A stretch of 64,000 bases of DNA from Truepera sp. (lineage in GTDB: Bacteria > Deinococcota > Deinococci > Deinococcales > Trueperaceae). The stretch lies in assembly GCA_965218435.1 (NCBI GenBank), contig CBDCKW010000009.1, positions 2,464,001-2,528,000 on the forward strand, in the 5' to 3' direction. Made by a program: the position numbers and the translations under genes. The first letter of the stretch is position 1. The number at the start of each line of letters is the position of its first letter. Shown piece after piece: positions 20,083 to 36,334 of the stretch. The notes under the pieces are model-generated. The model saw only the letters and a program-made list of their open reading frames with translations. It was not told the DNA's origin and did no database searches.

Positions 20083-20979
20083 ATGAGCGCCCCATCACCT
20101 TCGCGCCTGACGCTGGTAATGGGCGTCGGACTCGTCGCCGTCAGCCTCTCCGCCATTTTTATCCGCCTCGCTGACGCCCCCGGCGTGGTGGTGGCAGCCT
20201 ACCGGATGCTTTTGGCAAGTCTCGTGCTACTCCCGTGGACACTTCGGGCGCTCCGTCAAACCCCGCTGACCCGCCACAACGCCGGGTACGCCGTCGCTGC
20301 CGGACTCCTCTTAGGACTGCACTTTGCTACCTGGATCAGTTCGCTCTCTTACACGACGGTTGCCGCGAGCACGAGTTTAGGAACGACGACGCCGGTTTGG
20401 GTCGCGCTCTCGAGCTGGGTCTTTCTCGGGTTAGCGCCACCCTTTAGCGCGATGCTGGGGATGCTCGTCGCGGTATTGGGCGGGGCGCTGATCGGGTTTG
20501 GTGGCGCAGTCGGCGAGGCGAGCAGCGCTCCATTTTTGGGCAACGTACTCGCGCTCGTGGGCGCAGTCGCGGCAGCCGCTTACTTGCTGCTCGGCCGCTC
20601 GGCGCAGCGCCGGGGTCTCAACTTACAAGCCTATATCGGCGTCGCTTACGGCGTCGCGGCGCTGAGCCTCTTGCCCCTCCCCTTTTTTTTGGGTTACAGC
20701 TATACCGGTTACAGCCCAGAGAGCTACTTTTGGATTTTGCTGTTGGCGCTGATTCCGCAGCTTATCGGTCATACCTCGTACAACTACGCGGTTAAACACA
20801 TGAACCCGACCGTGGTGGCGACCGTGATTTTGCTCGAGCCTATCGGCGCAAGCCTGTTAGCGTTGATCCTTTTTACCGAGGTTCCGCCACTCCTTACCCT
20901 GTTCGGCGCAGTGACGCTTCTCTCCGGCGTTGCCATTACTACCCGCAACAGCCGGATGATCCCTGAAGAGCCGGTATAA
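20083..20979 (+). CDS. DMT/EamA family transporter
   Basis: About 10 TM segments, HFATWISSL.YTTVA, PQLIGHT, LLEPIGA. Confidence 0.9.
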   Translation: MSAPSPSRLTLVMGVGLVAVSLSAIFIRLADAPGVVVAAYRMLLASLVLLPWTLRALRQTPLTRHNAGYAVAAGLLLGLHFATWISSLSYTTVAASTSLGTTTPVWVALSSWVFLGLAPPFSAMLGMLVAVLGGALIGFGGAVGEASSAPFLGNVLALVGAVAAAAYLLLGRSAQRRGLNLQAYIGVAYGVAALSLLPLPFFLGYSYTGYSPESYFWILLLALIPQLIGHTSYNYAVKHMNPTVVATVILLEPIGASLLALILFTEVPPLLTLFGAVTLLSGVAITTRNSRMIPEEPV

Positions 20980-21203
20980 CACTCTAAATACAAAACGTCT
21001 CTAAAAACTGCGTTTGCTATCTCAGGACTAGTAAAAAGCAGCAAAATCTGCTAAGATATACGGCGTGCTTGTGTCAGTACCACTTCGATACCTATTATCA
21101 CTGACACCAAGAACTCTCTCCATAAAACATCATCACCTTACAGATTAGTCCTCTGCCGGGGGGTAGGGACGATTGTGGCGTTATGGCCTGAAGGAGTGCC
21201 GCC

Positions 21204-21710
21204 TTGAAAGATACTCAAAAAACCTACAAAAATGGCGACCAAGTCGTCCTGCCACCTTACGGCGTCGGGATCGTTGAGGGGACGACCACGCGCACCATCG
21301 CCGGTGCCGACCTCCAATACTACGAAGTCGCGTTTCCCAACGGGACCTCGAAGGCGTTTGTACCGGTCGCTGCGCCGCAAGCTGCCGGCCTCCGTCCGGC
21401 GCTGACGAAAACAGAAGTTCATAATGTTTTGGAGCGCCTCAGCAACGGCCGGGTCAACCTGCCCAAACAGTGGGCCGCCCGTCACCGCCGCGTCACCGAA
21501 ATCTTATCTTCCGGTGATCCCTATCAGATTGCGACGCTCGGGAGCGAGTTGCGCCGCTGGGATTTAGAACGCGGTCTCCCCGACCTTGACCGGCAAGCGT
21601 ACCGCCGCGCCCTCCGCCTATTAGCCGGTGAAATCAGCGCCGTTTTAGGGATTGATACCAAGGAAGCGCGCGCCATGATGGACGCGGGCGACGACGACGA
21701 GCTGAACTAG
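21204..21710 (+). CDS. carD: CarD/CdnL family RNA polymerase-binding transcription factor
   Basis: GDQVVLPPYGVG, FVPV.....GLR, conserved W (KQWAAR); AAGGAG SD before TTG. Confidence 0.9.
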   Translation: MKDTQKTYKNGDQVVLPPYGVGIVEGTTTRTIAGADLQYYEVAFPNGTSKAFVPVAAPQAAGLRPALTKTEVHNVLERLSNGRVNLPKQWAARHRRVTEILSSGDPYQIATLGSELRRWDLERGLPDLDRQAYRRALRLLAGEISAVLGIDTKEARAMMDAGDDDELN

Positions 21711-21729
21711 TATCTAATTTATATGATTG

Positions 21730-21756
21730 AGGTCGGAGATTTCTCCGGCCTTTTTT
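21730..21756 (+). terminator. Rho-independent terminator after carD
   Basis: aggtcggaga-tt-tctccggcct followed by T-run. Confidence 0.8.
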
Positions 21757-21783
21757 GGTTGAGCTCACCGTATACACTGAGAC

Positions 21784-22299
21784 ATGATTCGCCCTGCAAC
21801 AGTTGATGACGCCCCAGACATTGCGAGGGTTCACGTCGAGAGCTGGCGCACGACTTACCCTGGGCTAATGCCGGACGCCGTGCTAGACAAGCTTTCAGTA
21901 TCTGGGCGAGAGAAGTTTTGGTATCAGGTTTTGGGGCGAGATAAATCACAGGTTGCTTTTGTTGCAACAGACGCACAAGGTAAAGTAGTCGGTTTCGTCA
22001 ACGGCGGCTTAGAGCGTGAAAAAGACCCCGTTCACACCGCTGAGCTTTATGCGCTTTATCTTTTTAAGGAAAGCCAGGGTTACGGCTACGGCGAGGCTTT
22101 GTTTGAGGCTATGGTAGAGAAGTTTTTGGAGCAAAACCACACGGCGATGCTGCTGTGGGTGCTCTCGAGCAATCCTTCACGCGGGTTCTACGAAAAAATG
22201 GGCGGGCGTTACCTCAAAATCAAAGCTATTGACATCGGCGGCGAAACTTTAGAAGAGGTCGCCTACGGTTGGGCCGATCTGCCCAACTTAGCGAGATAA
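21784..22299 (+). CDS. GNAT family N-acetyltransferase
   Basis: IRPAT.DDA..IARVHV.SW, QG.G.G, N.SRGFYEKMG. Confidence 0.9.
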   Translation: MIRPATVDDAPDIARVHVESWRTTYPGLMPDAVLDKLSVSGREKFWYQVLGRDKSQVAFVATDAQGKVVGFVNGGLEREKDPVHTAELYALYLFKESQGYGYGEALFEAMVEKFLEQNHTAMLLWVLSSNPSRGFYEKMGGRYLKIKAIDIGGETLEEVAYGWADLPNLAR

Positions 22300-22661
22300 G
22301 CTAAAGCCAGCGCGTAAGCCGCATAATCATCAATGAGTTCGGGCGGGGTTCTTAATCCCTGCGGTAAAAGACGTTGTAGACCCCTCGGTGGCCGGTCACG
22401 AAAGTAGAGGTTGCGGGCAGTGAGGCTCGAGCCCCATTCGTCTACGACTTCAAACTTTATTCCTCTCCCAGTAAGCAGGTTTTTTACGGTGTCGCTACCG
22501 GTTCCGTCACCGACTAAGACGGTGGCGGTTGGGGGGAACTCGAGAGCTTTTAGCTGTACCAAATCTAAAACATCATGAAACCCCAGCGTCCCAGCTTCTG
22601 AAACAAACGCCACGCCGATATTGCGGCCTGGGTCTAGTGCGACAATAAAGGCTTCAGGCAC
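22263..22661 (-). CDS. YqgF/RuvX-like RNase H-fold protein
   Basis: IVALDPG, VGDGTGS, VDE.GSS..AR, DDYAA; GTG start inferred from upstream TATGCT. Confidence 0.8.
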   Translation of the reverse strand: MPEAFIVALDPGRNIGVAFVSEAGTLGFHDVLDLVQLKALEFPPTATVLVGDGTGSDTVKNLLTGRGIKFEVVDEWGSSLTARNLYFRDRPPRGLQRLLPQGLRTPPELIDDYAAYALALAYLAKLGRSAQP

Positions 22662-22693
22662 AGCCCCAAGCATACCGCTGACAAAGACACAGT

Positions 22694-22733
22694 AAAAAAA
22701 GAGCCGGACACTTACACCTGTGTCCGACTCTTT
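22694..22733 (-). terminator. Rho-independent terminator after rpoC
   Basis: gagccggacac/gtgtccgactc stem with A7 on + strand (U7 on transcript). Confidence 0.8.
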
Positions 22734-22745
22734 GACTAGAAAGGT

Positions 22746-27323
<4,578 letters not shown>

Positions 27324-27331
27324 ATTCCCCC

Positions 27332-30300
27332 TTACTTTCCTCTGCCCGATTCGTCGAAGATGCTGATCGGCTGTGCGTCGTCCATGACCTGAACATCGAG
27401 CCCAAGCGAGTGAAGCTCTTTGACCAAAACCTTAAACGATTCGGGGATGGTGGGTTCTAACACGTCGTTTCCTTTGACGATGGCCTCGTACGAGGTGTTG
27501 CGCCCGTCGATGTCATCGGACTTGATGGTAAGCATCTCTTGGAGCGTGTGCGCCGCGCCGTGCGCTTGCAGCGCCCAGCACTCCATCTCACCTAAGCGTT
27601 GCCCACCGAACTGCGCTTTACCGCCGAGCGGTTGCTGCGTGATGAGCGAGTACGGGCCAGTCGAACGGGCGTGCATCTTGTCCTCGACCATGTGGTAGAG
27701 CTTCATGACGTACATCACGCCGACGACGATAGGAGCGTCTACAGCTTCGCCGGTGTGACCGTCAAAGAGCACGGTTTTACCGGTGCGGGCAAGTGCGAGC
27801 CGCGCCGCTTCATCGTCCATATCGCGGTCAATGATGCCGAGCTTGGCGGCGCGCTCGATCACCCGCGCTTCGCGCACGTCGGTGCTAAAGCCAGCTTCCT
27901 TATCGGCGGTGAGTTCTTCACGGGTGGCGTCCTCGAGCAGATCTTTAATCTGCTCTTCGCGGGCACTGTCAAAGACCGGCGTCACGTAAGAGACGTTGTT
28001 TTTGTATGCGGCCAGTCCTAAGTGCGTTTCCAAAATCTGGCCCAAGTTCATCCGGGACGGTACCCCGAGCGGGTTAAATACGAGGTCAACCGGCGTGCCG
28101 TCGGGCATATACGGCATGTCTTCGGGCGGTAGGATTTTGGCCACCACACCTTTGTTCCCGTGCCGGTTCGCTAACTTATCGCCTTCGATCAAGCGGCGCT
28201 TTTGCGCGATATAAACGCGGACCATCTCCTGCACACCGGGTTTGAGTTCAACCCCGGCGTCGCCACGGCGAAAACGCACCGTCCGGAGGATGATGCCGCC
28301 GTCGCCGGGGGGCACGCGGAGCGAGGTGTCTTTGACCTCCCTGGCTTTTTCCCCGAAGATCGAGCGCAGGAGCCGCTCTTCGGGGGTCGGTTCGGTCTCA
28401 CCCTTAAACGAAGTGTGACCGACCAGGATGTCGCCCTGCTTGACCTCGGCACCGATCCGCACCACACCGTCTTCGTCGAGGTCGCGTAAGGCGGCTTCGG
28501 AAAGGCCGGGGATATCCCGAGTGATCTTTTCCGGGCCGAGTTTAGTGTCGCGGGCTTCTTTTTCGTACTTCTCGATGTGGACGCTCGTATATGAATCCGA
28601 CCGCACCAGCCGCTCGGACAAGACGATGGCGTCTTCAAAGTTATAGCCGTCGAAAGGCATGATGGCGATCAGGACGTTTTGACCGAGCGCCAACCGTCCA
28701 TTTTGCGAGGCGGGGCCGTCCGCGATCACTTGACCGCTGGTTACGGCGTCACCGACGTTGACGAGCGGGCGCTGGTCTAAGTTCGTATTCTGGTTTGAAC
28801 GCTGAAACCGGGTCAGCTGATACTCATGCTCGACCTTGCGGTCGTTTTCAGTAATGATACGTTTGGCGTCCACGTACGTGACGGTGCCATCTTCCGTTGC
28901 CAAAAGAACTGTGCCTGAGTCTCTCGAGACCCGCTCTTCTACCCCTGTCCCGACATACGGCGCGTCGGGTTTGATCAGCGGCACTGCTTGCGACTGCATG
29001 TTCGAGCCCATCAGTGCGCGGTTGGCGTCATCGTGTTCTAAAAAGGGGATAAGGGAAGTGGGAACGGAGATAATCTGCTTCGGCGACACGTCCATAAAGT
29101 CAACTGTTTCCGGCTCGACGTAAAAAGGGTCACCCAGACGGCGGGTCAACACGCTGTCGTTCGCAAACCCGTTGGTGTCGTCTAGCACAGTGTTGGCCTG
29201 CGCGATGACGTACTTATCTTCTTGGTGTGCGGTCATGTACTGCACGTCGTTAGTCACTTTGCCGTCAACCACGCGGCGGTAGGGCGCTTCGATAAACCCG
29301 AGCGGGTTGACCTGCGCAAACGACGCTAAAGACGTGATCAAACCGATGTTCGCACCTTCCGGCGTTTCAATCGGGCAGATGCGGCCGTAGTGAGTACGGT
29401 GCACGTCACGCACATCAAACCCGGCGCGTTCCCTGGTCAGACCACCCGGCCCGAGGGCTGAAATACGGCGTTTGTGACGGAGTTCAGAAAGCGGGTTGAC
29501 CTGATCCTTAAACTGACTGAGCTGGCTGCGACCGAAAAACTCACGTAAGGCCGCCACGATCGGACGGTTATTGACGAGTTTTTGCGGTGTGGCAGCGTCC
29601 GGGTTGCCGAGGAGCATCCGCTCGCGAACCCCACGGGCCATCCGGCCCAGGCCGACGCGAATCTGATCGGCGACGAGTTCACCAACGGTGCGAATACGGC
29701 GGTTGCCGAGGTGGTCAATGTCGTCTTCTTCGTAAGGTTCAATGCCCGCTTGGAGGTTGACGAGGTACTGAATCGCCGGGACAAGACCGTAATCAATAAA
29801 GCGGTCGTTTTCGTTGTCAAACCCGAGCAGGGTGCTCTGTTCAAACTCGAGCCCCAACTTGGTATTCATCTTGTAACGGCCCGCGTCACCGAGGTCATAA
29901 CGGCGTGGATCGGCTAAGAGGCTAAAGAGGTACGACTTGGCTTTGTCAACTTTAGGCGGATCGCCGGGGCGCAGCACGGTAAAGAGCTTGAGGAGCGCCT
30001 CTTCAACCGACGCACCGGTCGTCGTATCTTCTTCAAAGGTCGCGTCAATCAGGGCTTCGTTACCGGCAAATAAACCACGAATTTCGGCGTCGCTGTAACC
30101 TAACACACGCAAAATCAGCGTAAAGGGAAACTTCTTCTTGTTGACCTTCATCCACAAGACGTTTGAGTTGTCGAACTCGAGCTCGATCCACGGCCCGCGT
30201 TTGGGCATCGGGATAACACTCGCCATATAGGTTTTACCGAGACCTTTGGGGGCGCTCGTAAAGTAAGTACCGGGTGAGCGGTGAATCTGCGAGACGATCA

Positions 30301-30715
30301 CCCGGTCGGCCCCGTTGATGACAAACGAGCCGTCTTCAGTCATGAGCGGCAAGTCGCCCAAAAACACCTGGTCTTCTTTGATCAGGCCGGTGTCTTTATG
30401 AACGAGTTGCAGTTTGGCAAATAATCCCGAGTGGTACGAAAGGTCTTTTTCACGGCACTCTTCGGGCGTAAATTCGGGAGGCTGCAGGGTGTACTCGAGA
30501 AAATCAAGCACGAGTCCTGTCTGCCGCCCGCGTTCGGTTTCGTCTATCGGAAAAACTTCTCTAAACGCGCTTTGCAACCCGATGTCAGCTCGTTCCGGGG
30601 CGCTTTTTCCCAGCTGCAAAAACGTGTTGTAAGATTTGATCTGAATGTCAGTCAGGTTCGGGAGTTCGATCACTTCTTCGATCGTCCCAAATTTGCGAAT
30701 CTCGCGCATCGTCAC
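27332..30715 (-). CDS. rpoB: RNA polymerase beta subunit
   Basis: [39 protein letters not shown]. Confidence 0.99.
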   Translation of the reverse strand: MTMREIRKFGTIEEVIELPNLTDIQIKSYNTFLQLGKSAPERADIGLQSAFREVFPIDETERGRQTGLVLDFLEYTLQPPEFTPEECREKDLSYHSGLFAKLQLVHKDTGLIKEDQVFLGDLPLMTEDGSFVINGADRVIVSQIHRSPGTYFTSAPKGLGKTYMASVIPMPKRGPWIELEFDNSNVLWMKVNKKKFPFTLILRVLGYSDAEIRGLFAGNEALIDATFEEDTTTGASVEEALLKLFTVLRPGDPPKVDKAKSYLFSLLADPRRYDLGDAGRYKMNTKLGLEFEQSTLLGFDNENDRFIDYGLVPAIQYLVNLQAGIEPYEEDDIDHLGNRRIRTVGELVADQIRVGLGRMARGVRERMLLGNPDAATPQKLVNNRPIVAALREFFGRSQLSQFKDQVNPLSELRHKRRISALGPGGLTRERAGFDVRDVHRTHYGRICPIETPEGANIGLITSLASFAQVNPLGFIEAPYRRVVDGKVTNDVQYMTAHQEDKYVIAQANTVLDDTNGFANDSVLTRRLGDPFYVEPETVDFMDVSPKQIISVPTSLIPFLEHDDANRALMGSNMQSQAVPLIKPDAPYVGTGVEERVSRDSGTVLLATEDGTVTYVDAKRIITENDRKVEHEYQLTRFQRSNQNTNLDQRPLVNVGDAVTSGQVIADGPASQNGRLALGQNVLIAIMPFDGYNFEDAIVLSERLVRSDSYTSVHIEKYEKEARDTKLGPEKITRDIPGLSEAALRDLDEDGVVRIGAEVKQGDILVGHTSFKGETEPTPEERLLRSIFGEKAREVKDTSLRVPPGDGGIILRTVRFRRGDAGVELKPGVQEMVRVYIAQKRRLIEGDKLANRHGNKGVVAKILPPEDMPYMPDGTPVDLVFNPLGVPSRMNLGQILETHLGLAAYKNNVSYVTPVFDSAREEQIKDLLEDATREELTADKEAGFSTDVREARVIERAAKLGIIDRDMDDEAARLALARTGKTVLFDGHTGEAVDAPIVVGVMYVMKLYHMVEDKMHARSTGPYSLITQQPLGGKAQFGGQRLGEMECWALQAHGAAHTLQEMLTIKSDDIDGRNTSYEAIVKGNDVLEPTIPESFKVLVKELHSLGLDVQVMDDAQPISIFDESGRGK

Positions 30716-31068
30716 CTCTCTAAAAAACGTGTTTCTCCGTGCGGTTTATTACTTAGCAGCCACTTATCTGCGGCGGTCTTGCTCTTAAAAGGTCAGCGTT
30801 GTAAAGTGTGCGTTATAAGGTCTTTGAGTATGAGCTGCGCAACCGTAGCTGACAGCAAAAGGCTCCAAGCCTAAGCTTGGATGGACTTATCTATATTGTA
30901 AACCGGCCTGAACAGTGCGTGGAACTCTTTCTTTTTACACTAAGTTCGAAATGCGTTAGATCGTCTGCTGGGGGTGTTCTACTGAGTTGCCCGAGCTAAA
31001 CCCGAAGCTCACCTCCTGGTGCGGTCTAGCAAACAACTATACTAGCATAAAGCGTCGTCAATAGATAG

Positions 31069-31092
31069 AGGGTAGGCCATAAGACCTACCCT
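31069..31092 (-). terminator. Hairpin after rplL (possible attenuator before rpoB)
   Basis: agggtagg...cctaccct inverted repeat; weak U-tract. Confidence 0.5.
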
Positions 31093-31114
31093 GTTGCATC
31101 TGGTGCTGAGAACC

Positions 31115-31501
31115 TTATTTGACTTCGACGGTTGCGCCTGCGGCCTCGAGCTTGCCGCGAATCTCGTCAGCTTCGTCTTTAGCGATGCCTTCTTTGACGA
31201 CGCCGCCCGCTTCAACCAAGTCTTTGGCTTCTTTAAGGCCGAGGCTCGTAATCGCGCGGACTTCTTTAATGACGTTGAGCTTTTTGTCGCCAGCCGTTTT
31301 GATGCTGACGGTAAACTCGGTCTGCTCTTCGGCGGCGGGCGCAGCGCCGGCTGCGCCGCCAGCGGGCATCATCATCCCGGCGGGCATCGCGGCGGCGGCT
31401 TCAACGCCCCACGTTTCTTTTAGACCTTCTACTAGGTCAACGAGCTCGAGCACGGTCAGACCACCGAGCTGATCAATCAGGGCTTGTTTATCGTACGCCA
31501 T
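31115..31501 (-). CDS. rplL: 50S ribosomal protein L7/L12
   Basis: Ala-rich hinge, [26 protein letters not shown]. Confidence 0.98.
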   Translation of the reverse strand: MAYDKQALIDQLGGLTVLELVDLVEGLKETWGVEAAAAMPAGMMMPAGGAAGAAPAAEEQTEFTVSIKTAGDKKLNVIKEVRAITSLGLKEAKDLVEAGGVVKEGIAKDEADEIRGKLEAAGATVEVK

Positions 31502-31502
31502 C

Positions 31503-32030
31503 TTAGGCCTCCTTCAATTTTTCTGAGTAGTTCGTAATTACTGATACCAGGTTCTGCGGGGCAGCTTCTAGCACACCTACGGCTTGCTGCAGTGGCGCTT
31601 GGAGCGCGCCCACAAGCTCGCTTAAGAGCTGGTCGCGGGTCGGCAGCTTGGCAACCCTTGAGACCGCGTCAGCTTCAATCACCGCGCCCTCTAACAGTCC
31701 GCCTTTTGCTGTGGGCAGGTCTTTTGCGTTGTCGTCGGCAAAATCGGTGATCGCTTTGGCCGGGGCAACAGGGTCGTCGCCGACCAAAATGAGGGCGGTG
31801 GGGCCAGTGAGCTTGGTGCCTAAGTCGGCTGCACCCTGCTCTTTTAAGACCACGCTGACCAGCGTGTTTTTCGCCACCAGCATCCGCCCACCGGCGTCAC
31901 GTACTTTCGTCCGCAACTTACCGATCTGATCTGCAGAAAGCCCCTGGTAATCTACGAGGAAAAACGTTTTGGCGTCGCCTAAAAGAGTACGCAACTCTTC
32001 GACCGACGCGGTGTTCCTCTTATTCGCCAT
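31503..32030 (-). CDS. rplJ: 50S ribosomal protein L10
   Basis: VDYQGL, LR..VR......[14 protein letters not shown]. Confidence 0.97.
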   Translation of the reverse strand: MANKRNTASVEELRTLLGDAKTFFLVDYQGLSADQIGKLRTKVRDAGGRMLVAKNTLVSVVLKEQGAADLGTKLTGPTALILVGDDPVAPAKAITDFADDNAKDLPTAKGGLLEGAVIEADAVSRVAKLPTRDQLLSELVGALQAPLQQAVGVLEAAPQNLVSVITNYSEKLKEA

Positions 32031-32049
32031 CAGGTACCTTCCTAAAAAG

Positions 32050-32160
32050 TGAGAACGTCAACCGCGAAGCACAACTAGCTCGGTAGTCTTAACCTTAAAA
32101 CCGAACTAGCGCCTCGGCAGGGTCTTTAAGCTTGGCAGCCCCTGCTGTCTCCAACGCCAA
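32050..32160 (-). promoter_or_regulatory. L10 leader (autoregulatory RNA)
   Basis: Minus strand GAGACAGCAGGG...TTAA...CCCTGCCGAGG upstream of rplJ; boundaries approximate. Confidence 0.75.
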
Positions 32161-32229
32161 AAAGGTGCTTCGCACCGAGATGCTTATCTAGTATTATCTC
32201 GTTTCAGAACGAGATAATTTGCTTACTGC

Positions 32230-32913
32230 TCAGCTACTGACCTGAACGCTCGGCCCCATTGTCGAGCTCAAGAAAACCGTGCGGACAAAAACGCCTCTAG
32301 CCGTTTCAGGCTTCGCCGCTTCGACCGCGCTGCGAAACGCGCTCAGGTTTTCTTGCAACTTGGCTGCGTCAAAACTCGCTTTACCGATGGGGGCGTGAAC
32401 GACGCCGGTTTTGTCGTTACGAAACTCGATCTGACCGGCTTTAAGGGCGCGGACTAACTCACCGATGTTTGGACCGACGGTGCCGGAACGCGGGTTCGGC
32501 AGCAAACCACGTGGACCGAGGATACGGCCGAGTTTGCTCCCGACCGCGGCCATCATATCGGGCGTCGCAACCACAGCGTCAAACTCGAGCCACCCTCCCT
32601 GAATCCGCGTGATCATTTCGTCGCCACCGACAACATCCGCGCCCGCCGCCTCCGCGTCGCCGACCTTTTCACCTTGCGTCAGTGCCAGCACACGAACCGT
32701 ACGGCCGGTGCCGTGCGGCAAGGCGACCGTACCGCGCACGTTTTGATCCGACTTGCGGGGATCAATCCCGAGGCGGACGTGCGCTTCAACCGTTTCGTCA
32801 AATTTAGCCGTTGCCAGTTCTTTCACGAGTGAGGTGGCTTCGTCACTCGAGTACACCTTGTCGGCGTCAACTTTTTCCAGCAGGCTCCGGTAGCGTTTGC
32901 CGTGTTTAGGCAT
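32230..32913 (-). CDS. rplA: 50S ribosomal protein L1
   Basis: [31 protein letters not shown]. Confidence 0.98.
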   Translation of the reverse strand: MPKHGKRYRSLLEKVDADKVYSSDEATSLVKELATAKFDETVEAHVRLGIDPRKSDQNVRGTVALPHGTGRTVRVLALTQGEKVGDAEAAGADVVGGDEMITRIQGGWLEFDAVVATPDMMAAVGSKLGRILGPRGLLPNPRSGTVGPNIGELVRALKAGQIEFRNDKTGVVHAPIGKASFDAAKLQENLSAFRSAVEAAKPETARGVFVRTVFLSSTMGPSVQVSS

Positions 32914-33343
32914 CGGGTGCCCCCTCGATCGTCACACCCATCGAACGCGCTGTCCCGGCAATCACCTTGGCCGCAGCCGTTTCATCCGCCGCGTTGAGGT
33001 CTTTCATCTTGGTGCGGCCGAGTTCTAAGCACTGATCCCAGGTAAGTTTGCCGACCTTTTGCTTGTTCGGTACCCCTGAACCTTTAGCGATCCCCGCTGC
33101 TTGCTGAATGAGATAGCTCGCAGGCGGCGTTTTGGTAATAAAGGTAAAGGTTCGGTCGGCGAAGATGGTGATTTCAACCGGGACGATTGCGCCCGTTTGC
33201 GACGCGGTGACCGCGTTATATTCTTTGACGAACCCCATAATGTTGGCCCCATATTGACCAAGCGCCGGCCCGACGGGGGGGGCGGGTGTCGCCTTCCCTG
33301 CGGGCAGCTGGAGTTTTACGATGCCAGCAACTTTTTTTGCCAT
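32906..33343 (-). CDS. rplK: 50S ribosomal protein L11
   Basis: [23 protein letters not shown]. Confidence 0.98.
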   Translation of the reverse strand: MAKKVAGIVKLQLPAGKATPAPPVGPALGQYGANIMGFVKEYNAVTASQTGAIVPVEITIFADRTFTFITKTPPASYLIQQAAGIAKGSGVPNKQKVGKLTWDQCLELGRTKMKDLNAADETAAAKVIAGTARSMGVTIEGAPDA

Positions 33344-33422
33344 ACTTCCTCCTTCTCCCCAACCGTGTGGCGCACGCGGGGTTCAAACGCAGGTTAGAGC
33401 TCTAGTTATGTCGTAACCGAAG

Positions 33423-33980
33423 CTAGCTTTTAATGACCTGTGAAAAGTCGAGTTCGACGGGCGTCTCGCGGCCAAAGATAGAGACGAGCACCTTGACCTT
33501 ACCGCGCTCCGGATTGAGTTCAGAGACGACGCCGGTAAAGTCGGCAAACGGCCCTGAGGTGACCTGGACGATGTTACCGACAGCGAAGCTGACTTTGACC
33601 TTGGGCGTTTCTTTAGTTCCGGTCAGCCCCATTGTCCCGAGCATCCGCGCCTCTTCTTCTTGGGTGAGCGGTACCGCGCGCGTCGCCGTCCCGACGAATC
33701 CCGTCACACCGGGTGTGTTACGAACAACTTCCCAGGCTTCGTTGGGCTCATCGGGGTTGTCGCCCATATCCATCTGAACGAAAACGTAACCAGGAAAAAG
33801 CTTGCGCCGCACGACCTCTTTTTTGCCGCCGCCTGCATGTTCAACAGTCTCTTCTGAAGGTACGATGACCTGGTAGATGAGGTCGGCGATCCCCAGCGAG
33901 CGGGCACGCTGCATCATGTTGGTACGAACCTTTTCCTCATGACCGACGTAGGTATGAACGGCGTACCATTCGATGCTCAT
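33423..33980 (-). CDS. nusG: Transcription factor NusG
   Basis: [33 protein letters not shown]. Confidence 0.98.
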   Translation of the reverse strand: MSIEWYAVHTYVGHEEKVRTNMMQRARSLGIADLIYQVIVPSEETVEHAGGGKKEVVRRKLFPGYVFVQMDMGDNPDEPNEAWEVVRNTPGVTGFVGTATRAVPLTQEEEARMLGTMGLTGTKETPKVKVSFAVGNIVQVTSGPFADFTGVVSELNPERGKVKVLVSIFGRETPVELDFSQVIKS

Positions 33981-34027
33981 GCTAGCTCTATTTGTGGCAG
34001 TGCGCTCGTCATAAAAATCCTAAATTA

Positions 34028-34207
34028 CTAGAGAATTGCAGTGATGAGGTTGCCGAAAATCGCGTCAACCACGAGTAAAAACGCTACGGTAATCAGCACG
34101 AACACGAGCGTCGCCTGCGTTGACTGAATGACCTCTTCACGGGTCGGCCAGGTGACGCGGCCGAGTTCAGCGCGCGAATTCCGCAGGTAACGCAGCAAGC
34201 CTTTCAT
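34028..34207 (-). CDS. secE: Preprotein translocase subunit SecE
   Basis: EL.RVTWPTREE plus one TM; ATG overlaps rpmG stop (TGATG). Confidence 0.95.
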   Translation of the reverse strand: MKGLLRYLRNSRAELGRVTWPTREEVIQSTQATLVFVLITVAFLLVVDAIFGNLITAIL

Positions 34208-34371
34208 CAGGCTTTGACTTCGCGGTGTGGGGTATGTTTGCGGTCCCACGGACAGTATTTTTTGAGCTCGAGCTTTGCCTGGGTGTTGCGGCGGTTTTTA
34301 CTCGTCGCGTAGTTACGGCGTTTGCACTCTTGACACTCGAGCAGCAGCCTGATTCTTACATCACTCGCCAT
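34207..34371 (-). CDS. rpmG: 50S ribosomal protein L33 (absent from ORF track)
   Basis: [61 protein letters not shown]. Confidence 0.97.
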   Translation of the reverse strand: MASDVRIRLLLECQECKRRNYATSKNRRNTQAKLELKKYCPWDRKHTPHREVKA

Positions 34372-34414
34372 AATTCTCCTCTAAGGGGTGGCGTAACCAC
34401 CCCTAGTTACTGCG

Positions 34415-35632
34415 TTACTTGGTCACCTGACTAACGACACCAGCTCCAACGGTTCTGCCCCCTTCACGAATGGCAAAGCGCAAGCCCTCTTCCATCGCAA
34501 TGGGTTTGATCAGGTCCACGTCTAACTCGATGTTGTCGCCCGGCATCACCATCTCCACGCCGTCAGGCAAGGTGCACACCCCGGTGACGTCGGTGGTGCG
34601 GAAGTAAAACTGCGGCCGGTAGCCGGTAAAGAACGCGCTGTGCCGTCCGCCTTCTTCTTTTTTCAAGATGTACACCGAGCCCTTAAAGCCCGTGTGCGGG
34701 GTGATCGAGCCAGGCTTGGACAAGACCTGCCCACGTTCGATGTCGTCACGTTGCACCCCCCGGAGCAAGACGCCGACGTTATCCCCGGCAATCCCGGAGT
34801 CGAGCGTTTTCCGGTGCATCTCGACGCCGGTTACGATGCTCTTGCGGGTGTCCGTCAGACCGACAATCGCAATCTCTTCGCCGGTTTTAACCTGACCACG
34901 TTCGACCCGGCCGGTGGCGACTGTGCCGCGGCCGGTAATGGTAAACACGTCTTCTACCGGCATCAAGAAGGGGCGGTCGATGTCGCGTTCGGGGGTAGGG
35001 ATGTACGAGTCAACGGCGTCTAAGAGTTCCCAGATATGATCCACCCATTCGTTTTCGCCGCGTTGGGTGTTAGGGTTGGCGGTCAGGGCGTCCAAGGCTT
35101 TAAGGGCGGAGCCTTTGATCACCGGGATGTCGTCGCCGGGAAAGTCGTAAGACGACAAGAGCTCACGGACTTCCATCTCAACGAGTTCTAACAGTTCTTC
35201 GTCGTCGACCATATCGGTCTTGTTCATAAACACGACGATGTACGGCACGCCGACCTGACGGGCCAACAAGATATGTTCTCTCGTTTGCGGCATCGGGCCG
35301 TCGGCGGCTGAAACGACCAAGATCGCGCCGTCCATCTGGGCGGCTCCGGTAATCATGTTCTTCACGTAGTCGGCGTGACCGGGGCAGTCCACGTGCGAGT
35401 AGTGCCGCGCGGCTGTTTGGTACTCGACGTGCGAGGTGTTGATCGTAATGCCGCGAGCTTTCTCTTCGGGCGCTTTGTCGATCATGTCGTACGAGAGGGT
35501 CTCGATCGTCGGATCGGACGCTGCTGCCGTAAACGTAATCGCTGCGGTGAGGGTGGTCTTGCCGTGGTCGACGTGCCCCACTGTCCCAATATTCACGTGC
35601 GGCTTAGTCCGCGTAAAGGTCGCTCTTGCCAT
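34415..35632 (-). CDS. tuf: Elongation factor Tu
   Basis: [30 protein letters not shown]. Confidence 0.99.
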   Translation of the reverse strand: MARATFTRTKPHVNIGTVGHVDHGKTTLTAAITFTAAASDPTIETLSYDMIDKAPEEKARGITINTSHVEYQTAARHYSHVDCPGHADYVKNMITGAAQMDGAILVVSAADGPMPQTREHILLARQVGVPYIVVFMNKTDMVDDEELLELVEMEVRELLSSYDFPGDDIPVIKGSALKALDALTANPNTQRGENEWVDHIWELLDAVDSYIPTPERDIDRPFLMPVEDVFTITGRGTVATGRVERGQVKTGEEIAIVGLTDTRKSIVTGVEMHRKTLDSGIAGDNVGVLLRGVQRDDIERGQVLSKPGSITPHTGFKGSVYILKKEEGGRHSAFFTGYRPQFYFRTTDVTGVCTLPDGVEMVMPGDNIELDVDLIKPIAMEEGLRFAIREGGRTVGAGVVSQVTK

Positions 35633-35721
35633 GCTTTTCTATTCCTCTCTTCGGCTTGCCACAGCCGGAACCGACCAGCCCGTCTGTTTGGGTCTGGTCG
35701 TATTTTAAGTTTGCCCGACGT

Positions 35722-35796
<75 letters not shown>

Positions 35797-35870
35797 CTAA
35801 CCGAGCTTGATCCAGAGTGAGCCGTTAAACTGCCAGCTGAACGTATCAGCCTTAAGCAATTCTAAACACC

Positions 35871-35946
<76 letters not shown>

Positions 35947-36110
35947 ACATCAGAGGTACCATCGGTGAAAACGATTCCTCGTTACAAGCAATACTACCGA
36001 TTAGCCAACGCTATTCGCGTAACCCGTAAGCAAGGCGTCTATTTTTCAGACGGCTTTGCCCCATCGCCATGATCATCTTTCGGACTGCTCCATAGATGAT
36101 ACTTGTGGTG

Positions 36111-36195
36111 TGGTGGGTAGGGCTGGATTTGAACCAGCGTAGGCGTAGCCAACGGATTTACAGTCCGTCCCCTTTAACCACTCGGGCACCTACCC
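36111..36195 (-). tRNA. tRNA-Tyr(GTA)
   Basis: GGGTAGG acceptor, ACGGA-CT-GTA-AA-TCCGT arm, long variable arm, CCA. Confidence 0.96.
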
Positions 36196-36258
36196 GCGTA
36201 CACTCTAAAAATTTTATAGCATTCCTCTATAAATCTATAGATGATGCCTATAAAATTC

Positions 36259-36334
<76 letters not shown>

